Below, in pieces: positions 36,814-45,005 of a stretch of DNA of 64,000 nt (within the stretch, counting starts at the first letter, position 1; every line of letters starts with the position of its first letter). The notes beneath the pieces are model-generated. The model worked only from the letters and a program-made list of their open reading frames with translations, had not been told where the DNA came from and ran no database searches. Position numbers and translations under genes: made by a program. This DNA comes from Actinomycetota bacterium (lineage in GTDB: Bacteria; Actinomycetota; Actinomycetes; S36-B12; UBA10799), in the NCBI GenBank assembly GCA_020636995.1, contig JACJWU010000005.1, positions 130,331 to 194,330 on the forward strand, given 5' to 3'.

Positions 36814-37563
36814 ATGCGCCGCTTCTTGATCGTGCTCACGACTACCGCCGTCGCCCTTGGGCTTGGAACGTCTCCGGCTACAGCGAAGGCAAAAGTCCGG
36901 ATCTCCGGCGAGCTCACCGTGGGTTCCACTGTGAGAGTTGTGTCCACGAAGGCCAAACCCAAGCGCGTGAAGTGGCAGCGCTGCCCAGTCGCCGTGACCA
37001 GCAACTTCTGCCCCTCCCCCGAAAGAATTGGCCGCGGCCGTACCCACACCCTCGACGCGGAATCTGCGGGTCTATCAGTCCGGGCTGTCGCGACGATCAA
37101 GGGGAGAACCGCGGCGACGAAGTGGTCCCGTCCCGTAAGCGAAGCCAGCAGTGGGGGCGTGGTCGTGCCACAAGGCTGGGTGGTCACGGGCGGATCTCCG
37201 GCAAGCATCACCACCAACCAATCAGCGATCTCCAACGCCTACGCCGAGATCGCCCGCCTCGTAAGGGGCGGCCGCTTCCTTTCGCATCTCGAAGGCAGCG
37301 GCGGAGACATCTTCATCCAGCGTGAACTGACGTTGTGCTCTGACAACTCGTTCCGCTTCATCGACGCACCCGCCACGAATGTGACCGGCACCTGGCAGAT
37401 GACCGTGAACTTCACCAACCCGCAGGACCTGGCACCACGATTGGTTCTCAGTGCTGGTGGGCAGCCCGAAAGCCTCGTGGTGGATGTCAATCCGAACAGA
37501 GCGGGCCACGTACTACTCAACGGCGAGGACTTCCTATCGGGGCCGAGTAGTTCCTGCTCCTGA
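36814..37563 (+). CDS. Secreted hypothetical protein
   Basis: The signal peptide is MRRFLIVLTTTAVALGLGTSPATA. The N-terminal segment GELTVGSTVRVVSTKAKPKRVKWQRC resembles the G-x-L-x-VG-x-T-L ... W repeat of actinobacterial surface proteins. G+C is visibly lower than in the neighbours. Confidence 0.5.
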   Translation: MRRFLIVLTTTAVALGLGTSPATAKAKVRISGELTVGSTVRVVSTKAKPKRVKWQRCPVAVTSNFCPSPERIGRGRTHTLDAESAGLSVRAVATIKGRTAATKWSRPVSEASSGGVVVPQGWVVTGGSPASITTNQSAISNAYAEIARLVRGGRFLSHLEGSGGDIFIQRELTLCSDNSFRFIDAPATNVTGTWQMTVNFTNPQDLAPRLVLSAGGQPESLVVDVNPNRAGHVLLNGEDFLSGPSSSCS

Positions 37564-37577
37564 TCGGACATCCCCGT

Positions 37578-38801
37578 TCAGGCGGTGAGTGGTGGTGATC
37601 TGTCGGTGGTGGGGGTGATTCGGGGGATGCCGTTGTCCATGGTGACGGTGTAGTGGCCGTGGTGCAGGTCGTGGTGGCATCGCGAGCACAAGAGCACCAG
37701 ATTTGACACGTCGGTTGAGCCGCCGTGGCGCCAGTGATGGACGTGGTGGGCCTGGCAGAACCGGGGGGCCCGCCCGCAGCGGATGCAGCCCCGGTCTCTG
37801 ACGATCAACGCCCGCCACTGGTTGTGGTCGGCGGTGCGCCTACCCCGGGCCAAGGCCAGTGGCACGAAGGTGTTCTCCCGCCGGGTGCCCAGGATCACCG
37901 AGACGATCGCGGTGCAGGTGATCAGGTCGAGCATCCGGGTGCCCAGCGCCGACTCGTCCTCGAGCACGGCCCCGTCGGAACTGAGATCCTCCAACTCGAC
38001 CAGCACCGAGACCTGGGACACCCCCAACGGGTTCTTGTTCGCCTGCCCGGCGGTGGTCAGATCCGACAGGGCGTCGGCCCGGCGCTGTTTGGCGGTCCTG
38101 GTGTCTTCCCGGGTGCTGCGTTTCATGAGGGTGGCCAGGGCGTCACGTAACGCAGCACCAGCGACCGGGTCCAGGTAGCCGTCGAGGCGGAACATCCCGT
38201 TGGCGGTTTCCGACAGCGACAGCGACCGTTTGGCGTGCAGGTCCTCGGCGGTGTGGTCGCGGGCGTCGGGCCGGCACTGATCAGCCAACACGCCCAGGAT
38301 CCTGCGCAGTTCGTTCGGCTCGACGGTTTCGGCGATCGTCACCACATGCGATTCGATCGCGTGGAAGTTGGTGATCTTCGGGGCTTCGGCGGTGATCACC
38401 GCCACGTGCGCGCCGGAGATGTTCCCGGCCCGGAACGACTCGGCCACCTTCGGCAGGTGCTGCAAAGCGTTACCCCGCGCCACCGTCGCCGACCCGACCG
38501 CCGGATTCGAGCCGGTCGCCACCGCGACCAGCATCCCCGTCGTCCCCACACCCAACACCCGGGAATCCGCGTGCTCATCGGCGGCGCCGGCCAACTCGGT
38601 GAGGTAGGCATCCAGACGGTTCCGCAGCGCCGCGACCGCAGTCATCGCCCCCGCCCGGGACTCCGCATGCATGGTCTCGGGATCGGGAAGTGCGTCGATG
38701 GACCTGTGGAGCTGGTCGACCTCGACCGGGTGCTGACGAGGAAGTTCGGCGGCCAACGCGCAACGGCGTTTCACCTGCCGCGACACCTCGAACACCGCCA
38801 C
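37578..38801 (-). CDS. DUF222 / HNH endonuclease (REP13E12-type)
   Basis: The N-terminal DUF222 region is followed by the C-terminal HNH nuclease IRCGRAPRFCQAHHVHHWRHGGSTDVSNLVLLCSRCHHDLH. Confidence 0.85.
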   Translation of the reverse strand: MAVFEVSRQVKRRCALAAELPRQHPVEVDQLHRSIDALPDPETMHAESRAGAMTAVAALRNRLDAYLTELAGAADEHADSRVLGVGTTGMLVAVATGSNPAVGSATVARGNALQHLPKVAESFRAGNISGAHVAVITAEAPKITNFHAIESHVVTIAETVEPNELRRILGVLADQCRPDARDHTAEDLHAKRSLSLSETANGMFRLDGYLDPVAGAALRDALATLMKRSTREDTRTAKQRRADALSDLTTAGQANKNPLGVSQVSVLVELEDLSSDGAVLEDESALGTRMLDLITCTAIVSVILGTRRENTFVPLALARGRRTADHNQWRALIVRDRGCIRCGRAPRFCQAHHVHHWRHGGSTDVSNLVLLCSRCHHDLHHGHYTVTMDNGIPRITPTTDRSPPLTA

Positions 38802-38913
38802 CCGATCACCCCACTCCCACTACCCCTATTCTCGCACGTACGTACGACGAACACCAGTACCAAAACCGGGAAAGTGGACACCCATCCCGGGCCGGCCGAT
38901 GCATACAGTTCAC

Positions 38914-38962
38914 TGCTGCACGGTTACCGATCCCACACCCCCAAACCCGTAACCGCGCAGCA
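38914..38962 (+). repeat. Copy 2 of the TGCGCGGTTAC ... GTAACCGCGCA hairpin
   Basis: TGCTGCACGGTTACCG-atcccacacccccaaac-CCGTAACCGCGCAGCA lies in the divergent region between the HNH gene (start 38801) and the mycoredoxin gene (start 39048). Confidence 0.7.
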
Positions 38963-39047
38963 CTCAACACCGATTCGGGGCGTCGTCCACCCCTGCGGAG
39001 GCGGACCTCCGGGTTCCGGGTGACACTGAGAACCAGGAGGACCGAGC

Positions 39048-39278
39048 ATGATCACGATGTACACCACTTCTTGGTGCGGTTACTGCAGCCGGCTCAAAGC
39101 GCAGATGCAGCGTTCCGGATTGGCCTTTCGCGAGGTGAACATCGAGATGGACCCAGAGGCCGCCGCTTTCGTGGGCAGTGTCAACGGTGGGAACCACGTC
39201 GTCCCGACCGTCGTGTTGCCCGACGGTACCGCCATGACCAATCCCAGCATCCACGAACTCATCGCGGCCGCGCGCTAG
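39048..39278 (+). CDS. Mycoredoxin (glutaredoxin-like, CGYC)
   Basis: MITMYTTSWCGYCSRLKAQM...GNHVVPTVVLPDGTAMTNPS is present. It is 76 aa and AGGAGGA lies upstream. Confidence 0.8.
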   Translation: MITMYTTSWCGYCSRLKAQMQRSGLAFREVNIEMDPEAAAFVGSVNGGNHVVPTVVLPDGTAMTNPSIHELIAAAR

Positions 39279-39852
39279 CCCGACTGCTGCGGCGGTAGGC
39301 GCTCACATACGGGTCACCCTCGATCCAGAAGCGCCATGGACGGTCGGCCGCACGACTGACGCCAACGCGCGGCCCGGTCACGAAACGTTCAGGCCTGGCA
39401 GCGGGTTCGAGACACAGGCGCCCCGTCCGCAGATCGCCGCCACTGTCGGCCATGGTGACGCCCAGAGCCTGGCCCAACCTGCCAGGGCCGCGCGCCAGAT
39501 CCGGGTTTCCGCCACGTCGGGCGAGCGCGACCTCCACCCCGTCGACGACTTCCCCGCCGCGCAGCAGGATCCCACCGCCGGATCCCTGCGGGTGACACAC
39601 AACGTTGAGACACCAGTGCACCCCGTAACTCAGGTACACGTACGCATGTCCGGGCGGGCCGAACATGACGGCGTTCTTGCGGCCAGGGCCGCGGTACGCG
39701 TGACTGGCCGGGTCGTCGGGACCGGCGTAGGCCTCGACCTCGACGATGCGCACAGCCACCTCGCCATCGCTGATGACCGCTCCCAGCAGATAGGGCGCAG
39801 CCAGGGGTGCCGGTTGCGCGAGCAATTCGTGCAGGTCGGTCACGTGCACCAC
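39259..39852 (-). CDS. mpg: DNA-3-methyladenine glycosylase (AAG/Mpg family)
   Basis: VRIVEVEAYAGPDDPASHAYRGPGRKNAVMFGPPGHAYVYLSYGVHWCLNVV is present. Confidence 0.85.
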   Translation of the reverse strand: MVHVTDLHELLAQPAPLAAPYLLGAVISDGEVAVRIVEVEAYAGPDDPASHAYRGPGRKNAVMFGPPGHAYVYLSYGVHWCLNVVCHPQGSGGGILLRGGEVVDGVEVALARRGGNPDLARGPGRLGQALGVTMADSGGDLRTGRLCLEPAARPERFVTGPRVGVSRAADRPWRFWIEGDPYVSAYRRSSRASARPR

Positions 39853-39879
39853 TGTGCAATACGCCGGGGGTTGCCGCGC

Positions 39880-40548
39880 CTACAGTCCCGACGCCCGCAG
39901 GGTGGCCCGCACGGCGGGGTCGTCCGCCTCGAGGCCGTAGCGATCCCGGTAGACAGCCGTGACGGCCTCGCGCAGGGCGGACCCGGTCGGGGCGGGCCCG
40001 AGTTTGTGGCTGTCTGTGCTCTCGTGGGTCAACGAGGCGCCCATCAGCAGCAGGCGCGGCTCCTCCCCGTCCTGCCCGTGGTCCGGTGGGGCGTACTCGC
40101 GGACCGCGAGCATGTGGACGCCGTGCCGACGGTAGAACTCGATGCGGCGAAGGTCGTCGCGACGTTCGGGGGAATCCTCCGCACGGCCGTCAGGATCCTC
40201 CACGTCGAGCAGCAGCATCGAACGTTCGAACTGACGAAGGTGGCCGACCAGAGCCGACCACAGCGCCGATCCGTGTCCTCCGCCGCGTCGCTCGGCATCA
40301 ATTACGAAGTACCGAAGGAACGACATCGACGTGGTGCCGAGGTGGCGCACCAGGGCCAGTCCCACCGGCGGCAACTCGGGGCTCTCCCCGTCCTCGAGCA
40401 CCAGCAGCAGTTCATCCGGGCGGCCAGCCGTGATCTCCTCCCACGGCGCCCGCAGCGCGAGTGGGAACGAGGACTCGTACACATGACGCACGGCTGCCTT
40501 GTGGGCGTCGTCGAGCCCTGCGAACAGGGCCAACTGGCGCCGGGTCAT
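39880..40548 (-). CDS. GNAT-family N-acetyltransferase
   Basis: FVIDAERRGGGHGSALWSALVGHL is the acetyl-CoA-binding motif. The ATG at 40548 overlaps the upstream stop (ATGA). Confidence 0.7.
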   Translation of the reverse strand: MTRRQLALFAGLDDAHKAAVRHVYESSFPLALRAPWEEITAGRPDELLLVLEDGESPELPPVGLALVRHLGTTSMSFLRYFVIDAERRGGGHGSALWSALVGHLRQFERSMLLLDVEDPDGRAEDSPERRDDLRRIEFYRRHGVHMLAVREYAPPDHGQDGEEPRLLLMGASLTHESTDSHKLGPAPTGSALREAVTAVYRDRYGLEADDPAVRATLRASGL

Positions 40549-42242
40549 CCTTGGTCCCCGATCCCGAGACCGGCATCCCATACGACCTTGCCGCCGACCA
40601 CGGTCGCGAGCACGTCGATGTCTGCCAACGCCGCCGGGTCCACGCGCGTAGGGTCATCGGACAACACCGCGAGATCCGCGAGCGTCCCCGGGCCGATCCA
40701 CCCCTTCCACGCCTCCTCATAGGACGCGTAGGCCGAGCCGTAGGTGTAGGCCCGCAGCGCCTCGTGCGCGCTCACCCGCTCGGCCGCACCGAGAATCTCC
40801 CCGGAGGCAGTGCGCCGGTTCACGATGTCGTGGATACCCAGCATCGGGCGGCCGTCCACGACCGGCCGGTCGCTGCTGCCCGGGACCACGATCCCGGCGG
40901 CCAGCAGCGAGGCGTGCCGGTAGGCCCACTCGGAGCGCTGCGGGCCCAGCGCCCGTCGCATGCCGTCGCCGATCTCCCCGACGAAACGACCTTGTGGCAC
41001 CGGCACGACGCCGAGCCGGGCCGCCCTTTCCACCTGATCGGGGCGCGCCACACCGAAGTGCTCGATCCGGTGCCGAGGTGCGGTATTGCCCGCACGGCCG
41101 CCCCATCCGGTCCGCGGGTGATCGCGCATACACCGCTCGTACGCATCCAGCACAAGGTCTATCGCGGAGTCCCCGATGGCGTGCGTGGCCACGCGCCAGC
41201 CCGACCGGTGGGCCGACACGATCGTGTCGGCCAGCGCATCGGCGTCATCCTGCAGATACCCGCGCACGCCTGGGGTGTCGCTGAAGTCGTTGCACATCGC
41301 CGCGGTGTGGCCGATCAGCGACCCGTCGGAGAACACCTTCACCGGCCCCAGACGCAGCCGGTCGTCGCCGAACCCGGTGCGCAGACCCAGGTCGATCCCC
41401 TTCCCGAAGTCGTCGGCATCGTCGGTGCGCACGGCGTGTAGCACGGGGGAGGCAACCATGAGCTCCACGCGCACGGCGAGGCGCCCATCATCGCGGGCAC
41501 GCTGATAAGCCAACGCCTCAACCGGCGTACGGCCGATCCAGCCCCCACCGACACCTGCTTCGACAACGCTCGTGATGCCCTGCCGGACATAGACGTCACT
41601 GGCCCGCGCGACCGCCGCGGCCACATCGTCCACGCCGACCGGGCGCCGCAACGGCGTGAGCAGGTTCTGCGCCTGCTCCTGCAACAGACCGGTGGGGCGT
41701 CCATCTTCGTCCACCACGATCGTTCCCCCGGGAACCTCACGACCGTGTTCGGACAGGTCCAACTGCGCCAGGACCGCCGTACTCACCACAGCCATGTGAC
41801 CGGACGTATGGCTGAGCAGAACCCGGCGGCCCGGTGCGACCCGCTCGAGCAGGTCGCGGTCGGGATGACCGCCTATCTTGTTCTCGTCGTAGCCGTTTCC
41901 GACGATCCACCGGTCCGGGGGTGTGGTCGCGACGGCATCGGCCACCGCGGCGGCGAGGTCATCGAGGCTGCGCACCGGCGGCGTGGACAGATCGATCTCG
42001 TCGAGGCTGGCCCCGAACCAGGCCATGTGCTGGTGGGCGTCGTGGAAACCCGGCACGACGCAGCGGCCGGCGAGGGACACTGTGCGCCGCGCGGTCAGAC
42101 CCGCATCGTCCGCTCCGACGTGCAGGATCCGGCCACCGAGCAGAGCCACGACCGCCGCTCGGGGTTCGACGCCGGAGCCGTCGGGCGCCATCGTCAGGAT
42201 GTTCGCGTCCGTGAGCAGCAGGTCGGCAACAGGGCCGGTCAT
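40545..42242 (-). CDS. Amidohydrolase-family metal-dependent hydrolase (Amidohydro_3-like)
   Basis: LLLTDANILTM...VPGFHDAHQHMAWFG...ATHAIGDSAIDLVLDAY...RIEHFGV...VPGSSDRPV is present. The ATG at 42242 overlaps the upstream stop (ATGA). Confidence 0.75.
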   Translation of the reverse strand: MTGPVADLLLTDANILTMAPDGSGVEPRAAVVALLGGRILHVGADDAGLTARRTVSLAGRCVVPGFHDAHQHMAWFGASLDEIDLSTPPVRSLDDLAAAVADAVATTPPDRWIVGNGYDENKIGGHPDRDLLERVAPGRRVLLSHTSGHMAVVSTAVLAQLDLSEHGREVPGGTIVVDEDGRPTGLLQEQAQNLLTPLRRPVGVDDVAAAVARASDVYVRQGITSVVEAGVGGGWIGRTPVEALAYQRARDDGRLAVRVELMVASPVLHAVRTDDADDFGKGIDLGLRTGFGDDRLRLGPVKVFSDGSLIGHTAAMCNDFSDTPGVRGYLQDDADALADTIVSAHRSGWRVATHAIGDSAIDLVLDAYERCMRDHPRTGWGGRAGNTAPRHRIEHFGVARPDQVERAARLGVVPVPQGRFVGEIGDGMRRALGPQRSEWAYRHASLLAAGIVVPGSSDRPVVDGRPMLGIHDIVNRRTASGEILGAAERVSAHEALRAYTYGSAYASYEEAWKGWIGPGTLADLAVLSDDPTRVDPAALADIDVLATVVGGKVVWDAGLGIGDQG

Positions 42243-42685
42243 GGCCGCGACCCCTGCGCCCCGGCGGACAGCCACGCGAACAGCGCCCGGAACGAATCGG
42301 TCCATGGGACCGGCGTGCCGGACCCGTCGACCTTGACGACCACTCGGGTCCCCTCGGCCACCTGCACTTCGGCACCGTCGGGGCCGGCGACGGCGCAACG
42401 GTACCCCCATGTCGCGCTGGTCCGCCCCAGACGCACGGCGGAGACTTCCACCCGCATCAGACCGGGCGAGGACACCGGCGCGGTGAACCCCAGGCTGATG
42501 TCACGAACCACGTAGTTGATGTCCTCGTGGCGTTCGGACAGTGCGGTCCAGCCGTAGCCGAGGTGTTCGAAGAGGGCCGACTGGGCACGCTCGATGTGTA
42601 CCGCGAAACGGGAGTTGTGCATCACGCCCAAGGCGTCCATCTCGTCGAAGAAGACCGGACTGTCGAACGTGAAACAGACGGTCAC
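42239..42685 (-). CDS. Hotdog-fold acyl-CoA thioesterase (4HBT-like)
   Basis: FDSPVFFDEMDALGVMHNSRFAVHIERAQSALFEHLGY is present. The GTG at 42685 overlaps the upstream stop (GTGA). Confidence 0.65.
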   Translation of the reverse strand: MTVCFTFDSPVFFDEMDALGVMHNSRFAVHIERAQSALFEHLGYGWTALSERHEDINYVVRDISLGFTAPVSSPGLMRVEVSAVRLGRTSATWGYRCAVAGPDGAEVQVAEGTRVVVKVDGSGTPVPWTDSFRALFAWLSAGAQGSRP

Positions 42686-44238
42686 AGCCACACCCCTTCC
42701 ACTCGGTCCCATGTATGTCCGGCAACCGCCACCAGACGAGCCTTGGCCACCCGGTGGGACGCCGTGACCGGCAGATCGTCACAGACCTCCCAGTAGCGCG
42801 GCACCTTGAACCGGGCCAGTCGTTGCTCACAGTGCTCGGCGAGTTCGGCCACGGTTCCCTGGTCCGGCCGATCGACGCCGACCAAGGCCACGAACGCCTT
42901 CACCTCCTCACCGCGCAGGTCGTCGGGAACCGACACCACCGCGGCCAGCCGCACCGCGGCGTGGGTGAGCAGAACGTCCTCGACCTCCCGCGCGGACACG
43001 TTCTCGCCGGCCCGCCGGATCATGTCCTTCAACCGCCCGACGAGGTAGACCCGCCCGGCGGCGTCCATGCGGCCGAGGTCACCGGTGTGGAACCACCCCC
43101 CGCGGAACGCCGCTGCGGTGGCTTCCGGGTCGGCCTCGTACCGGTCCATCAGACCCGGCCCGCGCAGCACCAGTTCGCCGACCTCACCGCGAGCGACCGG
43201 CAGGTCCTGGGCATCCACGATCCTGGCCTCCTTGGCGCGCGTTGCGCCGCCCACGCAACCAGTGCCCACGAGTTCGTCGTGGTCGGCGTCGGTGACCCGC
43301 AGATCCGCCCCGGTCTCAGTCATCCCGAAGGCCTCGTACCACTTGACGCCCCACCTGCGCTCCAGTTCTTCGTGGCGCGCGGCGGGGATGGCTGAGCACT
43401 GCACTGCTCGGACCCGGTGGGAAAGGTCGAGCGGGTCCGGCGGCATCTTCAGCATCAGGGTGGGCATGGCGGCCAGGCAGTAGAAGTACGTGACCTCATG
43501 CTCACGCACCTTCGACCAGAAAGTGGAGGGATGGAAGGCGTCCAGGACGACCAGGTGCGCCCCCGCCAGCAGTGCGGCGACCACGTTCCATTGTGGGTCG
43601 ATGTAGGAGAAGGCCTGCGCGGTCAGCATGGTGTCGTCCGCGCCCAGATGCGGGAACTCCGCCACGAGGCCCCCGCCGAGTTCCATCCAGTACCGGTGGG
43701 ACAGGACACAACCCTTCGGGCGTCCGGTCGTGCCGGACGTGTACTGGATGTTCACGGTGTCCTCGGCCGCGACGCGATGGGCGGGCATCGCGTGTGTCTC
43801 CCCCGGAGGCTGCCCAGCCCCTGGAAGGTGCTCGACCAACAGCACCGGCGCGTCCAGATCGGCGCGCACAAGTGCTTCGCGAATATGGCCGACGAGGTCG
43901 GTCGTCGTGACGACGGCAGCGGCCCGGCAGTGTTCGAGGACGTGACCGGCGTCGTCTGCGCGGTAGTGCGGGTTCAGGGGGACCATGGCAGCACCGAGGC
44001 GTGCCAGCGCGATCCATGTCAGCGGGAACTCCGCCCTGTTGGTCATCATCACGGCGACCCGGTCCCCGGCTGCGATCCCGGTGTCGGCCAGCGCGGCCGC
44101 CAGCCCGGTCGACCGGGCGGCCACCTGCGCGAACGTCAGGGACTCTCCCGGGTCGAACGTCCAGGCCACACGATCCGGCCACAACCTCGCAGCGCGGTCC
44201 ACTGCGGCGATGAGGTCCCTGACCTCCGGCTCACCCAC
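42682..44238 (-). CDS. AMP-dependent acyl-CoA synthetase/ligase (ANL family)
   Basis: The AMP-binding motif is IQYTSGTTGRPKG, followed by GWFHTGDLG and KDMIRRAGENVS. The GTG at 44238 overlaps the crotonase stop by 8 nt. Confidence 0.8.
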   Translation of the reverse strand: MGEPEVRDLIAAVDRAARLWPDRVAWTFDPGESLTFAQVAARSTGLAAALADTGIAAGDRVAVMMTNRAEFPLTWIALARLGAAMVPLNPHYRADDAGHVLEHCRAAAVVTTTDLVGHIREALVRADLDAPVLLVEHLPGAGQPPGETHAMPAHRVAAEDTVNIQYTSGTTGRPKGCVLSHRYWMELGGGLVAEFPHLGADDTMLTAQAFSYIDPQWNVVAALLAGAHLVVLDAFHPSTFWSKVREHEVTYFYCLAAMPTLMLKMPPDPLDLSHRVRAVQCSAIPAARHEELERRWGVKWYEAFGMTETGADLRVTDADHDELVGTGCVGGATRAKEARIVDAQDLPVARGEVGELVLRGPGLMDRYEADPEATAAAFRGGWFHTGDLGRMDAAGRVYLVGRLKDMIRRAGENVSAREVEDVLLTHAAVRLAAVVSVPDDLRGEEVKAFVALVGVDRPDQGTVAELAEHCEQRLARFKVPRYWEVCDDLPVTASHRVAKARLVAVAGHTWDRVEGVWL

Positions 44239-44986
44239 CGGACCTGTCCCGGAATGCCGCAGCGCTCGCCTGCGCCTCGCCGGTCGCCATCGTCGCGATG
44301 GCCGCATCCACCTCACGCTCCAACGCAGCCGACTCGTCGATGCTGTGATCGAGCAGCGATTTGGCAAGCGCCAGTGCCGCCGGGGGCTGGGCGACGAGCT
44401 GCTGCGCCACCTCCAGTGCCGCGTCCTCATGCGATCCGGCCGGGACCACCTGGTTGACCAGCCCGAGGCGGTGAGCGTCCTCGGCAGACAGGTGCCCGCC
44501 CAGGAACAGCAGTTCCTTCGCCCGCATCGAACCCACGACGGTTGGCAGCAGCGCGGAGATCCCGCCTGTGACGCTCAGGCCCACACCCACCTCGGGGAAG
44601 CCGAAGCGGGCGTCGTGGCCCGCCACGACCAGGTCACACCCCAGGGCGAACTCAGCGCCGGCACCCAGGGCGTAGCCGTGGACGGCGGCGATGACCGGGC
44701 CGGGGAACGACCGGATGGCGCGGGTGACGTCCTGTATCCGCTGGAGCCGTTGCCTGGCAGTGGCCTCGTCCTCTGCGGGTGCGGGTTCCTTCAGGTCGTG
44801 ACCGGCACAGAACGCGCGTCCGCGACCGGCCAGGATGACGGTCCGCGCGCCATCAGCCCCGGCCTGTTCGAACCCGGCGAGTATGCCCTCGACCAGTGCG
44901 GGCACGACCGCGTTGAGGCGGTCGGGGCGGTCGAGGTGGACCAGAGCGACAGGTCCATCGGTCGAATACGAGACGCACTCGTTCAC
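44231..44986 (-). CDS. Enoyl-CoA hydratase/isomerase (crotonase) family protein
   Basis: ALVHLDRPDRLNAV...GRGRAFCAGHDL...VHGYALGAGAEFALGCD...FGFPEVGVGL is present. Both canonical Glu positions appear to be present. The start is the GTG at 44986. Confidence 0.8.
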   Translation of the reverse strand: MNECVSYSTDGPVALVHLDRPDRLNAVVPALVEGILAGFEQAGADGARTVILAGRGRAFCAGHDLKEPAPAEDEATARQRLQRIQDVTRAIRSFPGPVIAAVHGYALGAGAEFALGCDLVVAGHDARFGFPEVGVGLSVTGGISALLPTVVGSMRAKELLFLGGHLSAEDAHRLGLVNQVVPAGSHEDAALEVAQQLVAQPPAALALAKSLLDHSIDESAALEREVDAAIATMATGEAQASAAAFRDRSGG

Positions 44987-45005
44987 CTGACGACTGTAGC
45001 CCGAG

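Noticed and set aside
37578-38801. The DUF222/HNH gene considered as part of a prophage or transposon.
   Set aside because: There are no terminal inverted repeats, integrase, transposase or phage structural genes nearby. I treat it as a solitary REP13E12-type gene.
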